A stretch of 64,000 nt of DNA from Eledone cirrhosa (taxonomy: Eukaryota), in NCBI GenBank assembly GCA_964016885.1, contig OZ024746.1, positions 9,052,001 to 9,116,000 on the forward strand, written 5' to 3'. Each line of letters starts with the position of its first letter. Position 1 is the stretch's first letter. A model generated the notes under the pieces. That model saw nothing but the letters and a program-made list of their open reading frames with translations, was not told where the DNA came from and ran no database searches. The position numbers and the translations under genes are program-made. Below, one piece after another: positions 41,745 through 56,381 of the stretch.

Positions 41745-41880
41745 GGCGGGCAATGGCAGAGTTGTTAGAACTTCAGATGTTTTTTACGGTATTCGTTTCG
41801 GCTCTCTACTCTCTGAGTTCACATCCTGCCGAGGTCTACTTTCTCTTTCATCCATTCGATAAAAAAGTACCAGTCTAGTA
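41745..41880 (+). mobile_element. Older SINE related to family A
   Basis: TGGCAGAGTTGTTAG...GAGTTCACATCCTGCCGAGGTC...GATAAAAAAGTACCAG; similar relics at about 5760-5840, 27300-27400, 28950-29060 and 52000-52135. Confidence 0.65.
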
Positions 41881-42179
41881 CTGATATCGATTTTTCCCCT
41901 ATCTCTCTCTCACATTTCTCCCCACGTCTCTCTCTATCCATCTTTGGAAGTGTCTGCTGTATACATACCAGGAGATGCGATAGGCTCCACCAGGTTAAAA
42001 TATACCCTAGAATCGCTGCTGTATTTCAATATGGCGCCCCAACGACTACCCTAGTTGTTTCTGGTCTATACATACATTGGTTTCAAACCTGGAACAAAAC
42101 TTATTAATCGTAATTTCTAAATAAATATCTCAAATTATGAATTGGATTCTTCAACTCAATGTAATTGATTATAACTACA

Positions 42180-42230
<51 letters not shown>

Positions 42231-42799
42231 AAGCTATCATATTTCATAATGACTCGCTTTGTTTGGTTTTGTGAATCTGCATTGAAATGATATGACTAGT
42301 GAAGACAGCGATAATAATAACAAACGTTTCTACGGCTACACTTTATTCTAGTTTGGAAAGTAATTACATCAGGCAGTGTATAGCATAAAACAAAAGGTAT
42401 TCAAACAAAAGAAATAAATTTAAAAAACATGGTTTGATAAAAAAATTTAAAACGATAAATAATCCAATGAATATAAGGAAAATAAATGAAAAAATTCTGT
42501 AATACATATTTATGTGTATGTGTATGTATGTGTCTGTATATGTGTGTATGTGTCTGTATATGTATGTATGTATGTATGTGTGTCTGTATATATGTGTATG
42601 TGTGAGTGTATGCGTGTGTTCTGAATGTATGTATAAATCTAACAGTGCATGAGGGGCTGTCATCAGGACACTAGAAAAAACATATCAGATGTTAGTATAA
42701 CATATGAAAGGATCGATCGACTTTCGTCAAATCGATCCGAGGAAACAATGTTTCCGTTGGTCTTTGCAGTTGCTAATACTATCTATCGGTCGCAACTCC

Positions 42800-42925
42800 A
42801 GGTAGAAGGAGCAACATGAAATAAAGTGTATTGCTCAAGGATATAACGCATCGTCGGGTCCAGGAATCGAACTCACAACCTCAAGATTGTGAATCCAATC
42901 CTCTAACACTCAGCCACATGCATTC
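42800..42925 (-). mobile_element. SINE family B, 5' part
   Basis: Reverse complement of the head at 48023-48135; further relics at about 9628-9720 and 29170-29260. Confidence 0.65.
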
Positions 42926-43032
42926 ACTAGTATAACATATATAGCTATATAATATGCCCTTAGCGTTCTGTCAGTAATTCTACATTTCCTGTCGTTTATT
43001 TTCAGACATCTACTAAGTTATATATATTATTA

Positions 43033-43160
43033 CTTGCCATTCTGAGTTCAAATCCTGCCAAGGTTAACTTTGCCTTTCATCTTTACGGGGTCGATAAAAT
43101 AAAGTACCAGTAATGTACTGGGTAATTACTGGCCGTGTGCCAAAAGTAGAAACAATTATT
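43033..43160 (+). mobile_element. SINE family A, 5'-truncated
   Basis: B box through tail present. Confidence 0.9.
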
Positions 43161-43254
43161 ACTTGATAACAAGTATTACTTTGACAGAACGAAAGACGAA
43201 TTTGATCCAGCGATGTCATCGTCGAAATTCTATCTTAAACCAAGTCTTATGAAT

Positions 43255-43322
<68 letters not shown>

Positions 43323-46130
43323 CACACACACACAGGTACATTCATTATGTGCAAATGCTTTAAACAAATTTACTACTTAGTACTATACCTTTCTTCTCAG
43401 ATTAGAGAAACGTTCATTTGAGAGGACTTGAACTGACAGTCCCAGTAAACGTGAGAGGAATTCAAATATTCCACACGAGTCAACTTATATTAAAAAACAT
43501 GAGAGATAAAGCTTCTGAATACAAATTTTTTAACCGATGATAAAAGTTAAATCTTCATATATTTTCCCTACAATCTTTCAATTTTGTTCTGTACTTGAGA
43601 TGGTTGTTAATAGTGGTGCTGATCGGAAGTTTAAACTTTCAACGTATATGATATAGAATAAGATTTTAAGTACATTTCTTCCTTAACATGAATATATCTT
43701 TAGGTGAAATAAGTAGAATTCTAACATGAAGGAGAACAATTCGCTATATTTACGAAATAACGTTTTTATTACATGCGTACTGTCACCACATATGTTCACA
43801 ATCTTCATGAATAGAATTGATATGCGCAGCCGGGTTGGAAGAAATATCAAAATTGATGGGTGTAAAATCAGTCGCCCGATATTTACAGATGTCTTGATGT
43901 AACTGTATAGGTTTGTTGCTGAGTGCTACCGGGCAGGAATGAAAATCAATGCTGCGACGACTCAAACATACCTCCTCTCGAGAAAACCCGCATATTGCAA
44001 TTTGCATGTGAGTAGAGTTACATTTAAGTAATGGATGGAACGATGCTAAATTAAATGAAAGAATTGCTGGAGCTGGTGCCATAATGCACCACCATCTCTA
44101 CATGCTGGCATGTTGGGATAAGGAAAATGTGTCTATTTCACTACATGTGCAATCAAGTTTGTAAAGAGAACCGGTTTTCTGAAGTCAAGATAGAACTCTC
44201 ACAAAGAAAAGCACAAAAGTTTACATCAATCCTACTACTGAAGAAAGATATAATGCTACGCTTTGTAGTGGACATAGTAAATAAAATAAATAATATGCTG
44301 AATATCATGAAAAAGAAAACAAAACCTATTGTTGATGGAAATGTACATAGGTTCGTTTCTTTCAGTGATGGTCAAATATGTGCCAACGAAGCAAAAATGA
44401 TGGATAAATTGAATAGATGGAAATTATGCCAGTCGGAATGTAATTGGCAGACGAAATTCATTATGAAGTAAATTTGCTGGTATTCTATCAAAACCAAACT
44501 AATTAATTGGACATTCGAACATTTTGGCGAGACTATTGTTATTACGTAATCATTGATTAATTAAAATTGTTAATTTCTAACCTTGTTTCGCCTTGATTTC
44601 ATTCATTCTTTCTCCAAGGTTAATCAATAACTTTCACTAAATTTTCTATGGATAGTTTCCGAGTCCAAACGACTCCACACATTTAAAGCAATGCTCAGGA
44701 AACGCCACCATATGACAAACTTAGTAATTATGTAATTTGATGTAGATAACACCCTATTAGTTCAGATAATTTTCATTCACATACTTTCTAAAATTATCTG
44801 TTCTAAGTTATGAGTTTATTAATAGAAGTATGTGGGATTCCAGTTTGATGCGTATGTATGTGTATGTATTAAGTGGTATGCGTCTTCCACGTATATGTGT
44901 CTCGAGTGGTAGACTTAATCTGCCACCCTTTGAAGCACCATCACCAGTTGGCCTACCCCATTGTAAGTACTCTCCTTTAAGCCATTACAAACAAAAATAT
45001 AGTTATTATAAAGAATGGTGTGTTCATGTGTGGTGTTGCTATAAAATAATTTATAAAAGTCGTTACCATCTGCTGTTTATGAGGAATGGAACCCATGTCT
45101 CCCAGATTTCACGATGTTGTTTGACATTTAAGAGCTGTGATTTAGCTATGTAAGTTACGGTCCCTTGGTTTAATGATTTAATACGGCTTGTCTGGGAAAT
45201 GTAAGGTTCAACTCCTTATAGCGGCCTTTCTCAAATACCTTTTTCTCTTTTTATGGGTCTTCACGTTATTTTATATGCTAGTTTATAGCATCTCCACATC
45301 TGAACACACCCTTCTTTATATTAACTTTTTCCCCTGGGTGCTTCGTAAAAGTCCGATAGATCGGTTAGGCATACAAAACTATAGTATATTTTATTATAAC
45401 ATAAGAAGGTCATAAGCACGTAGAAGAATTACCTGTGAAAATACTCTCTGGGTCATGAAAAGATAGGTTAAGTAAATGATGCTCATGGTAAAGTATAGGA
45501 AATTTAAATCTCTTGATAAAGAGAGAAAAAAAAGCAATGCTTAAGATTATATAGGAAATTCTAAAATTCTGAAAATTAAAAAGTAAACAATGTTGTATAA
45601 CCCGCTTGCACGGTTAGTGTCCTTAACCATATCTCAATGTAATTAAAAAAGCAACATGAATAGCAACAATAATCACAAGACCAACACAGTTCCAACAACA
45701 AATCGATAACCACTAAGATAAAACTCAAAAGATTGTGTATGGGAATGGAATTCATAAATAAATGCAAAGCAAAAACAATACACAAAGCAAAATACAACAA
45801 AATCAAACAAAAAACAGATAATAGAAGCGAAGAGATTTACTTAATCAATAACGGTGGTAAAATCTGTTTTGTTCGGAAAGCATAAATATATTATTACAAC
45901 ATGATGCCGCAATTATCAAGAACTCTTACCAACTAAGCATGTTTATGGCAAAAATCTTCATATAATATTGTTATATTAGAGGATTCTTCTTGAAGTCTGC
46001 GCCGGAGCCGGAAGTTTACGCTCTTGGCAGCTAAGGCACCTTTCCATTATCAATTTGGCGACTGTTCGGATACTCCTTGCACGGCCTGGCTTTTGCTTAC
46101 TTTACATAATGCAAGCCAATAAGAATAAGA

Positions 46131-46161
<31 letters not shown>

Positions 46162-46251
46162 CATGTTAAACCTGTTAAACACGCCTGTGTGCTGCTGTGG
46201 ATGCTGCTGTACTCCGTCTCCGGATACATCTCTCTCTCTCTATCTATCTAC

Positions 46252-46328
<77 letters not shown>

Positions 46329-46881
46329 ACATCCCCTTGTGCATATAGATAACTAAATTAATAAAAAGAACCAAGATATACACATTCCTTTTTGCCTCAT
46401 ATACATATGGGATGTGAGAGAAAGATGCGGAAAGACAAAGACGGAATTTGTGTAGAGCGAGTCTGGACAGAGAATAAGAAATTGCTTTTTTTCTTCCATT
46501 TATAGCTTTTACAATTACGTTACATGGCAAATATCCTTGAATAAGTCTGGGATAATAGAATAACTTTGATTTCTTTTCCTAGAACTTGTTCCCAAAGAAG
46601 AACATTTGAAATGTGAATTTACATATTCATGTCTGTACCGTTCCTTTCCCTTCTGTGTGTCTGTCTTAAGATACAACACACACATACACACACATTCACA
46701 CACATACACACACACACACATACACACACATACACACATACACACACACATACACACACATACCCACAAGTATATATATACTTGTTTTGCAATATATACA
46801 ATATATATATATATATATGAGAGGGGGGGGGGTAAAGAGATATATATAAATAGATGGATAGATAGAGAGAGAGAGAGAGAG

Positions 46882-46915
<34 letters not shown>

Positions 46916-46934
46916 GGAGAGAGAGAGAGAGAGC

Positions 46935-46975
<41 letters not shown>

Positions 46976-47009
46976 CCCGGGATGCCGAGACCGAGGAGCC
47001 ACACGAAAA

Positions 47010-47065
47010 GGCTTACTGGATACACAAGCTGAAACAACCTGGCACCGCGGTCGGGGTTTTATATA
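47010..47065 (-). promoter_or_regulatory. Candidate TATA/Inr core promoter with a nearby splice donor
   Basis: Minus strand TATATAAAA (47065-47057), GC-rich spacer, TCAGCTT about 33 nt downstream, then GTAAGC; island between GA repeats. Confidence 0.3.
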
Positions 47066-47126
47066 TCTCTCTTCCTCCTTCTCTCTCTCTCTCACTCTCT
47101 TTCCCTTTCTTTCTCTTTCTCTCTCG

Positions 47127-47223
<97 letters not shown>

Positions 47224-47409
47224 ATGTCAGTCACGGTATATGTATACACATAATATCATATACCAGGGTCGGCTGAAGAGATCATAGACTGACTCTGAAG
47301 AAGGGATGCTTGTGCTGTGAAATCTTGTACAATTCCAATGTATATCCCGAATTAAATAGGGGGGAACTACAATAAATAAAGTACTCAATACATTAGTAGA
47401 TTATGATCG

Positions 47410-47598
47410 GGTGGATTGGCAGTATCGGTAGAGGGCCGGACGCCATGCTTTGACGCATAGAGTTACGGCCCTTGCCATTCTGAGTTCAAATCCCGCCAAG
47501 GTTAACTTTGCCTTTCATCCTTACGGGGTCGATAAAATAAAGTACTAGTAATATACTGGGTAATTGCTGGCCTTGTGCCAAAAGTAGAAACAATTATT
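47410..47598 (+). mobile_element. SINE family A, full length
   Basis: Consensus match. Confidence 0.9.
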
Positions 47599-48022
47599 TA
47601 ATATAGAAATGGCTTCTACAGGACCAGCACCGTTTCATTCGTATGAAATCATCAGGAATCTACCAACGCCACCATCGGTACCACCCACATTACTACTACT
47701 ACTACTACCACTAGGTATTCTTCCTCATATTAGTGACCATTAATAGACATTTCTGGATGGGTCAACAGTAAAATATTATCTTAGGTTAGGTCAAGTCATT
47801 TTCTCATTTATCTCCCCCCCCCCTTGTTGCCATGTAGGCGTAGGACGAAGGAATATGGAAGAGATGGTTTACAATGGCCTCAAGCATTTCTTCTTCTTCT
47901 TCTTCTCCTTCATAAATACACACTTGCAAACACAGGTACATACATCCACACGCACCAACACACGCAGACACATACACACACATATATATATATATATATA
48001 TATGTTTGTGAGTGGTGCGTGT

Positions 48023-48300
48023 GGAGGCACGTGGCTTAGTGGTAAGGGTGTTGGACTTACGATCATGTCGTGGTCTCGATTCCTGGGTTGCGTGTTGTGT
48101 TCTTGAGCAAAACACTTCCTTTCACGTTGCTCCAGTATACTCAGCTGAAAATGAGTACCAGCAATAGCTGGAGGTTTAACCCTGCGATGGACTGGCGCCC
48201 TGTCCAGGGGGAGTCTTGTACTCTCAGTCGCTTCACGCCATGAAACTGGGATAAGCACCGGCCAAATGAGCCTTCTGGCTTAAGACAGACTTTTAGACTT
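48023..48300 (+). mobile_element. tRNA-derived SINE, family B, apparently full length
   Basis: A box TGGCTTAGTGG, B-box-like GTCTCGATTCC, central TTGAGCAAAACACTT, AACCCTGCGATGGACTGGCG, tail (AGACTTTT)n. Confidence 0.8.
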
Positions 48301-48361
48301 TAGAGCGTGTGCGTGTGTGTGTGTGTCTGTGTGTGTGAATGTGCATAAGCATGTGTGTGTA

Positions 48362-48392
<31 letters not shown>

Positions 48393-49835
48393 TTTATTTA
48401 GTGAGTAAAGTAAAAATAACTAGTATGCTTAGAGTAAGTAGACTAGGCACATTTTAAATTACTATCGATGTAGTAAATAAAATAGTGAGCGAGTTGAAAT
48501 CTCGAAAAGAAAAAAAAAGCACAGGCAAATTAAAAAAAGTAGAAGTGACTGGTGTCGCTGTGAATAAGAAATAATATTAAACAGCTGATAAAAAAGAAAA
48601 ATATTTATATAAATAGTATTTTCAAAATGAAACACAAAATAGTCACAATAACTATTCATACACATTTATAGCGTGTTTACTGCTGTAGTTATTTTTAGAT
48701 ACTATCTATACTGAATTTTTTTATTGGTGATGTACAACAAATCTTTGAGTACAGTTTCACCCCTTTCTAAATATTAAACTTTCATGAACCACTATTATCT
48801 AATTCCAACATCTAATGGTTACTTATTTTTACTTTATTTTATTTTCATAATTTACAAATAATTCTCTTTTATTTGGTCTTCAGTTCAGAATCAGCTTAAA
48901 AAAAGTATAGAATACAAATAAAATAAAATTAAATAAGAATATTTCAATAAATCTGAAATAATCTAAATAGAAAATGTGATGAAAATTGTAAAATATGCAT
49001 GGCAATGAGGAAAGACGGTAGAATGGATGAGAAAGAAAGGAAAAGGAAAGAGAACTAAGCAACGAAAGAAATGGAGAGGGGGAGAGAGTGACAGCTTCCA
49101 CACCCCAGTTTGAGCGGTGTTTGTCCTCCGGGGAAACGCCTTCTCTATTCTGTCCGCCGGGGCTGTGGGGAGGCCACCAATATGATTGACTGACTTGTCA
49201 TTTTATCAGTCAGTTGTTTTTAGACCCGTTGTATGAATAACATTACAAATTATTTATAAAATAACTTCCATTGAGGAACTAATAACAATTGCATCGAATT
49301 TATTACGACACCTGTCACCTTCACCATTACTATCATCATAACCGCCATAACTGCTAACATCATCATCATCATCAACAACTGAAATATATGATACTTTAAA
49401 AATTATTTTAATATCCATTACTTCATTTTAAAAATGTCACCGCAATACTGCACTCTGTGAACAAAATGGCAAAGGCATTGTTGTTGTGGAGAATGACCAG
49501 TGACACTCAGCTTGTGACAAAAGCCACCACATTTCACAGTGCTCCTTCCTCAGGTGGGCTGCTCTCTTTCCAATTTTTGCGGAGGAGATCAACAGTAATT
49601 GGACCGGCAACACCTGAGGTTTCGACGTCGACCTGTACGAAAAAAAAGCTGTCGTGTTAATCTCAAGTCGGAGAAGCTTTATCGCTGGGATGCCTTGCTG
49701 AAGGTCCTCAACAACAGGCTCAACCCAGAGTCGTGACGTCAAGGTACCAGACATGATTAATTTATATACATTTAACTGAGATCGTAAGAGTTGATATATT
49801 TCCATTGATATAAAACAAAGTCAGATTAAAATAAT

Positions 49836-49945
49836 TGTTTCTACTTTTGGCACAAGGCCAGCATTTACCCAGTGCATTACTGGTACTTTATTTTATCGAC
49901 CCCGTAAGGATGAAAGGTAAAGTTAACCTCGGCGGGATTTGAACT
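49836..49945 (-). mobile_element. SINE family A, 5'-truncated, with 20-bp TSD
   Basis: CAAAGTCAGATTAAAATAAT at 49816-49835 and 49946-49965. Confidence 0.9.
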
Positions 49946-50220
49946 CAAAGTCAGATTAAAATAATGCAAGAACATCAGTCATTTCTGTATAAATTTCTCT
50001 TTCTTTATTGTTGCCAACATAGACAACAGTTTTGCAATATTACAACTCATTCAGATATAATCTAGAATATGCTTTCTAAATGCATTCTAAATATTAGAGA
50101 CTTTATAAACAAAATGATATATCCCAGGCACCAGAAACATCTGCCTAGTGTGATTTGGAAAGATGGACTGTTAGTGAATTTAGAACTAATTGATTGAGTT
50201 GAAACAGATTGAACACAGAG

Positions 50221-50263
<43 letters not shown>

Positions 50264-50334
50264 ATGTGTATGTGTACGTGTATATATATATCGTCTAAGA
50301 TTTAACTATATATATATATATATCGTCTAAGATT

Positions 50335-50404
<70 letters not shown>

Positions 50405-50774
50405 ATAGATATAGATATGTGAATGTGTGTGTGTGTACGCGTGCACGCGTGTGTGTGTGTGTGCTAGATCCATGAGTAGTAACTACAGCGAGGAATAAGT
50501 CAAGTTTGTTCTCTTATAGATCCAAATGTGAAGCATATGTAAGAGAATATTAAAGCCAATTCATCTTTAATATTCAAGATATATCTCCATAGAAAACATT
50601 TACTTCCAGTGTGTGTAATATAGATGTCACTACACACATATATCCTCAGTTGACAAGGACGGTGGAACTGGAGTGGCCTTACTTCTAATGTTGCGTAATA
50701 TAGTTGTCACTATACATAAATCCTCAGCTGACGGGCAGGGTGGGACCATGGACCTCCCAATAATTATATTTTCC

Positions 50775-51180
50775 TCCCCAAACTAACAAAATACATTCAT
50801 TTGTATATGTGCTACACTTCATGTACATATTGTGTAGAGATAGATTGGGGAAATAGTTATAGATAAAGAGAGGGGGAGAGTTTGGTGTTTATTGATATAG
50901 AGAGGGGTATTGGAAGAGAATTCTGTTAGATAGATATAGAGAGGGGGAGAATTTGGTGTTAATTTATATTGAGAGGGGGATCGGAAGAGAGTTGCGTGAA
51001 TTAGATATAGAGAGGGTGAGAGTTTGGTGTTACTTGATATAGAGAGGGTGAGAGTTTCGTAATGATATAGAGAGGGGTATTGGAAGAGAGTTTCATATAG
51101 TAGAGTGTGTTTTGGTAGTTTTTCTCCCCAAACTACCAAAACACACATCTATTTGGATATTGCTACAATTTATGTACATG
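50775..51180. repeat. Degenerate purine-rich minisatellite bracketed by ~55-bp direct repeats
   Basis: TCCCCAAACTA.CAAAA...ATGTACAT at about 50775 and 51125; internal GATATAGAGAGGG... units. Confidence 0.6.
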
Positions 51181-54063
51181 TTATATTTATCGCATATCAA
51201 AGTTATCTGACCATTTTAGTGTGCAAAGAGCTAAACTAACCCCTACAACTGAATTGACCAAATTTGGCTCCTCCCAAATTCAGAAATACTTTCACCGCCC
51301 GTAGCTCAATATCCTCTAGGTGCGTAGTCTTTAGAAAATTTCTTTGAATAGGATTTATGCCCCACACTTAAACCAAATTTGACCTGTCAAATCAGTATTT
51401 CTTCAGATATATTTTAAGCTTCTATCGACCTTCAGATTTCATAAATGTCTGAAAGTATCCAACAATTCATATCTATTAACGAAGTCAATATATATTTCTT
51501 TGTATCACATAACGCTCTTCAAAGGATTGTCTACAGTATTACAACTAACCACAACGAAATTATATCTATTATATTCAGTCAGAGAAACATAAAGCAATAC
51601 CTCAGTATAGCTGTCTAATTTCACATTCTAAATATACCTATATAACGATAATTTTAAGTAGTTTTACCAACTTATGACACTCGAGGCGAAACAGTAATTA
51701 TTATAAGATGTCGAGCTGTAATTGTAGATTTATTTTTATAGATTTCAAATATGAGAATTTTAGATTCAAATTATGTCACACACATTTACTTGTGATTGTT
51801 CAGTATGGAAATTGCTTTAAATGCTGTACACAGTAGAAATTTCATGTATGTATGGATCCATAATACTTGATGGAGTCATTGAGAAACCGTCTTGGGCAAC
51901 TGAAACATGGCTGATCCCATCCTCTCTCTAGGTCTCAACACAGGCGATTCCTTCCAGTGGAGGAGAGGATGAGAGATGAACGGAGAAAGCGATATAGGTA
52001 CGTTTTATCAATCTCGATAAGATGAAAAGCAAAATTTACTTCAGTATGGTTTGAATTCAAAGAGCACAGTGATCCGGACCTAATACCACAAAGTATTCTA
52101 TCCGAGGTTCTAATGATTCTGTCAATTTTCCGCCTCTATCCTCATCAGAATATTCAACAATATATTTCATTCAAGAATATTCTTCATTCCTAATATAGCG
52201 ACTTTTCTTCACATTCCAAAAAAGGTTTGATTGTAAAGGACTTTTCTAGAACCTCCTATGTTGGTTTACACCACGCTACACATCTTATCCTTCGTGGAAC
52301 ATATTGTTTCCAGATTATACAATCGCCATAACAGAGCATAGAGCCTCATCATATAATTTTCGCATCCGTCGTTTCCCATACTTAGTATTATATTTGAAAT
52401 GTAATAGCCTTAACTAATAAAAACTATAATAAGAACCAATCAGTTGAGAAAATCAGGTAAAGCACCCATGGGAATGTACAGCAGGGGATTGAAGCGTCAG
52501 AGAATTATATAGTTTTTGACAGATATATTGTAATAAATAACTGTGGTATAGTCGTAACATTAAGTCAATCAAAGTAAACGGAATGCCATAGAGACATGTA
52601 GGCATATTTCTTCATGTTCTATATCGGATATTTGTAGACGTAAATATATATAAAAAGAGAAGAAATTGTAATAAAAATACTAGACAGAACTCGAGTGATA
52701 CTTATATACACATGTGATTTGTGCAAGTTCTGTATAGCATTTACACAAAAAAAACAAGTACACATACTTCACACAAGTGTGTAAATATAAACACGAGGGT
52801 GGACTCAATATTTCATATGCTGAATATGAAGGAGTGAAGGGTGAGCTGTGAAATCTTGTATGCATTACTTTCAACATTTCTTATTAATAGTTGCTTTGTT
52901 TCTGAATAGCCTACCTTGTTTTTGCTTCAAACAACTTACCTTCAGCTAAATTCTACTCCATTTAAAATAATTCTTACAGGAACCATAGAATCTGTAAAAT
53001 GATGTATACTTTTAAAACATTAAGAATCTTTAAGTCATTAAATCTTCCAGCAACGAAACGACGTCCAATCATAAATAAATTATTAATATCATCAATAAAC
53101 ATCGTTTCTGCTTTAGGATAAATTCGATCCGAAAGTCAATCTCAAATCTCTGTTTGTTATTCAGGTCTGACATTACAAATTAGAGGTATTAGTTGAAAAT
53201 ATCCTAACGATGATATCAGAATTTTCAAACTGACTAGGTATGTTATACGGGTGTTCTGTCTGTTTAAAAAATCAAACTTTTTACAATTCCCACCCTTATT
53301 GTCTAGATAATAATCTAGAGAACTAACTCTTCAAATGGTTTATATACAGTTAAAAAATGGCATAATTAAACATATATTAATGCCAATAATATAACAGAAG
53401 CAGAAATAAATCAAAGGACACGGTCTTTTTGAGAGCATTACTGGCAAAAAGTAATAGCAGTCATAATACGGTGATGATGTGATTGAGGAAGAAAATGTTT
53501 CTGGCGATTATAAATAGGAGAAAGTAGAGGTTGTGGGTAGATGAAATAGTGTGATATTAAAACGAGAACTATACATTCAGTATTTTCAAATAACACTTTT
53601 AAATATGTATATTAAACATCAAACATATCCTCATGTTTTATGGGATATAATGAAAAGGAATGCTACACGGTTTTGGAAGAGAGTTGTACGTTCTTCAATT
53701 TACAACCATGCTGTTTTAAATACAAAAAAGGTGAATAGAAGAATGTAGCCAATGATATACAACAACGGATTGTCCAAGGCTGGAACATCCTAGTATTTGG
53801 CTTCGGTATTTTCCTACTAACATCGTTATATAATACTATCATTTTATAGTCTCTGGTTTTAGGTGCTACACTCGCACAATGGGGGTCCTCTAGGATTAAA
53901 AACTAAATAAGACAGGACATGATGCCGGACTGGACAGAGAGCAGTCTATATTTGCGCTGCTATGGTTCGTGGTCTGTAGGGCAACACGCATTAAAAAAAG
54001 GAAACGGTATCGTAATACAGGAATTAATGTAAGGAAATAGCTAAATGAAGAGCTCAATAATAA

Positions 54064-54450
54064 TAATTGTTTCTAATTTTGGCACAAGGTCAGTAATTAT
54101 CCCAGTGCATTACTGGTACTTTATTTTATGAAAGACAAAGTTAACCTCGGCGGGATTTGGACTCAGACCTTAACGGGCCGTAACTATGTTGCAAAGCATG
54201 GCGTCCGATCCTCTACCGATACTGCCAATCTAGCGCCCAATAATATTAATAATAATAATAACTGTTTCTACTTTTCGCACAAGGCCAGCAATTACCCAGT
54301 ACATTACTGGTACTTTATTTTATCGACCCCGTAAGGATGAAAGGTAAAGTTAACCTCGACGTGATTTGAACTCAGAATGGCAAGGGCCGTAACTCTATGC
54401 GTCAAAGTATGGCGTCCGACCGTCTTCCGATACTGCCAATCGACCACCCT
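54064..54450 (-). mobile_element. Two tandem SINE family A copies (54064-54237 and 54261-54450)
   Basis: Consensus matches separated by an AAT run. Confidence 0.9.
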
Positions 54451-54884
54451 TATTATTATAATAATAATAACAACAACAAAACCAGCTCCCTCAGCGATGA
54501 CACCGCTTAAAAGACATTAGCTACACTTCGATAACTAAACGTTTGGGGATTTCTCATTAGTTATGAAGCTCTCCAGAAACTAGCTATATATAATTATATA
54601 CGATATATTAACAAATGGAAACTATATTTATAAAACCATATTTATTTCATTATACATATTTCAAGGACTCCAAGTTAAATTATGGTGTGATTTCATCAGA
54701 TAAAATATAATATAGATCAATTTTATAAATAAATATTGACATACCCTTAAAGAATGCGACCATTTCTGTTGGAATCTCCCGGATAGTGGGGTTATAATTT
54801 TATTTATACTATTATGCAAATTAGTGTCGGATATTTTAAAATCACAGTATATTTAAAATAAACCGTTGGGGTATGGAGAGAGGG

Positions 54885-55118
54885 AAAAAGAAAAAAGAAA
54901 AAAGAAAAAGAAAAAAGAAAAAAGAAAAAAGAAAAAAGAAAAAAAAGAAAAAGAAAAAAGAAAAAAGAAAAAAGAAAAAAGAAAAAAGAAAAAAGAAAAA
55001 AGAAAAAAGAAAAAAAGAAAAAAAGCAGCTTTAAGAGGAAAATAAAAAAACGAGAAAAAGAGAAAGAGAGAAAGAGAAGAAAAAAGAGAAAAGAGAAAGC
55101 GAAAGAGAAAGAGAAAGC
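54885..55118. repeat. Polypurine (GAAAAAA)n tract
   Basis: Direct sequence. Confidence 0.9.
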
Positions 55119-55796
55119 CCTAAGTGATAGGTTGTTGTATTAGCATAACTTTTAAGATGAAGTGAAAAAATAAATATTTTCGGATGAGTAAAGTAAATAA
55201 GTAAATAAGCGTGAATGGAAAATACTCGTGAATGGATAAATATTAACCAGTGTTTAAATATGATTAAATGTTTAGTTTATCAATTAAATTATCCATCAAA
55301 TTATTGAGATCTATACATTAAAAGTTGAGATCTATATATTATTAAAAATCTATATATTATTAAAACCCATATATTATTAAAAGAATATATTCATATATAT
55401 ACGTACGCACACATACATACACATACATATAAATATATATATATATATACCTACACGTCCTTATACATAGATAAAGGACTTTTTTATGTATAAGATATAG
55501 GAATATTCTTAAACTTATATATTTTTCTTAGAAACCAGAGAAAAAACTCGGAGAAAAACATTTCTATGTAATAGCAAAACAGCGTGAAGGAAATTAAATT
55601 ATTTACCTATATTAAATGTTATAAATGTCAAGATAACAAAGGAGATTTAAGATTATAGAAACCTTATGTTATAATACAAACCTTATATTATACATTTTAT
55701 ATTTAGTAAATCCACCTGTTATGTAGTTGTGACTGCTATTATATAAGTTTGTTTATCACGAACCTTAAGGAAACCCTTATAATCCAGTGCATTTGA

Positions 55797-55842
<46 letters not shown>

Positions 55843-55891
55843 ACTCCCACATATATACACATAGACATAGATACACATACAGATAGATATG

Positions 55892-55947
<56 letters not shown>

Positions 55948-56072
55948 CTGGGGTATTATTCTCCATCGAGTGCTAAAGCTACATTCCGAATCTGCATTCG
56001 TTAGCTTAGCCGCAGCCTAAAGCTTCGTTAATGCTGTACTAAAATTTGTATATATATATATATATATATATA

Positions 56073-56180
56073 TAACGATGGAAGTGTGGTAAGGAACCAG
56101 GTGGACCATAACGTACCAGAGTACTCGATACTTTGGGCAGTAGAGTGGGTAATAGGAAAAGAGTCAGCACCCCTGACGGC
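56073..56180 (-). mobile_element. Family C copy
   Basis: Reverse complement of about 12425-12525; 3' end abuts (TA)n. Confidence 0.8.
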
Positions 56181-56302
56181 AATATATATACACTCACACA
56201 CACACACAAGTACACACACAAGAACACATACATATACATATTCAAACGTATATTTACTTATATGTATTAATAGTTACGTAAATAAATACCAAACACACAG
56301 AC

Positions 56303-56381
<79 letters not shown>

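Noticed and set aside
44127-44471. Tc1-like transposase relic
   Set aside because: Only vague resemblance; no catalytic motif or TIRs recognisable
47295-47665. Weak hammerhead-like motifs (47296-47362 + and 47631-47660 -; similar near 11352-11385)
   Set aside because: Core substitutions or no stem I; counted only as possible relics
49437-49805. 122-aa ORF in a GC-richer island
   Set aside because: No recognisable domain or convincing splice signals
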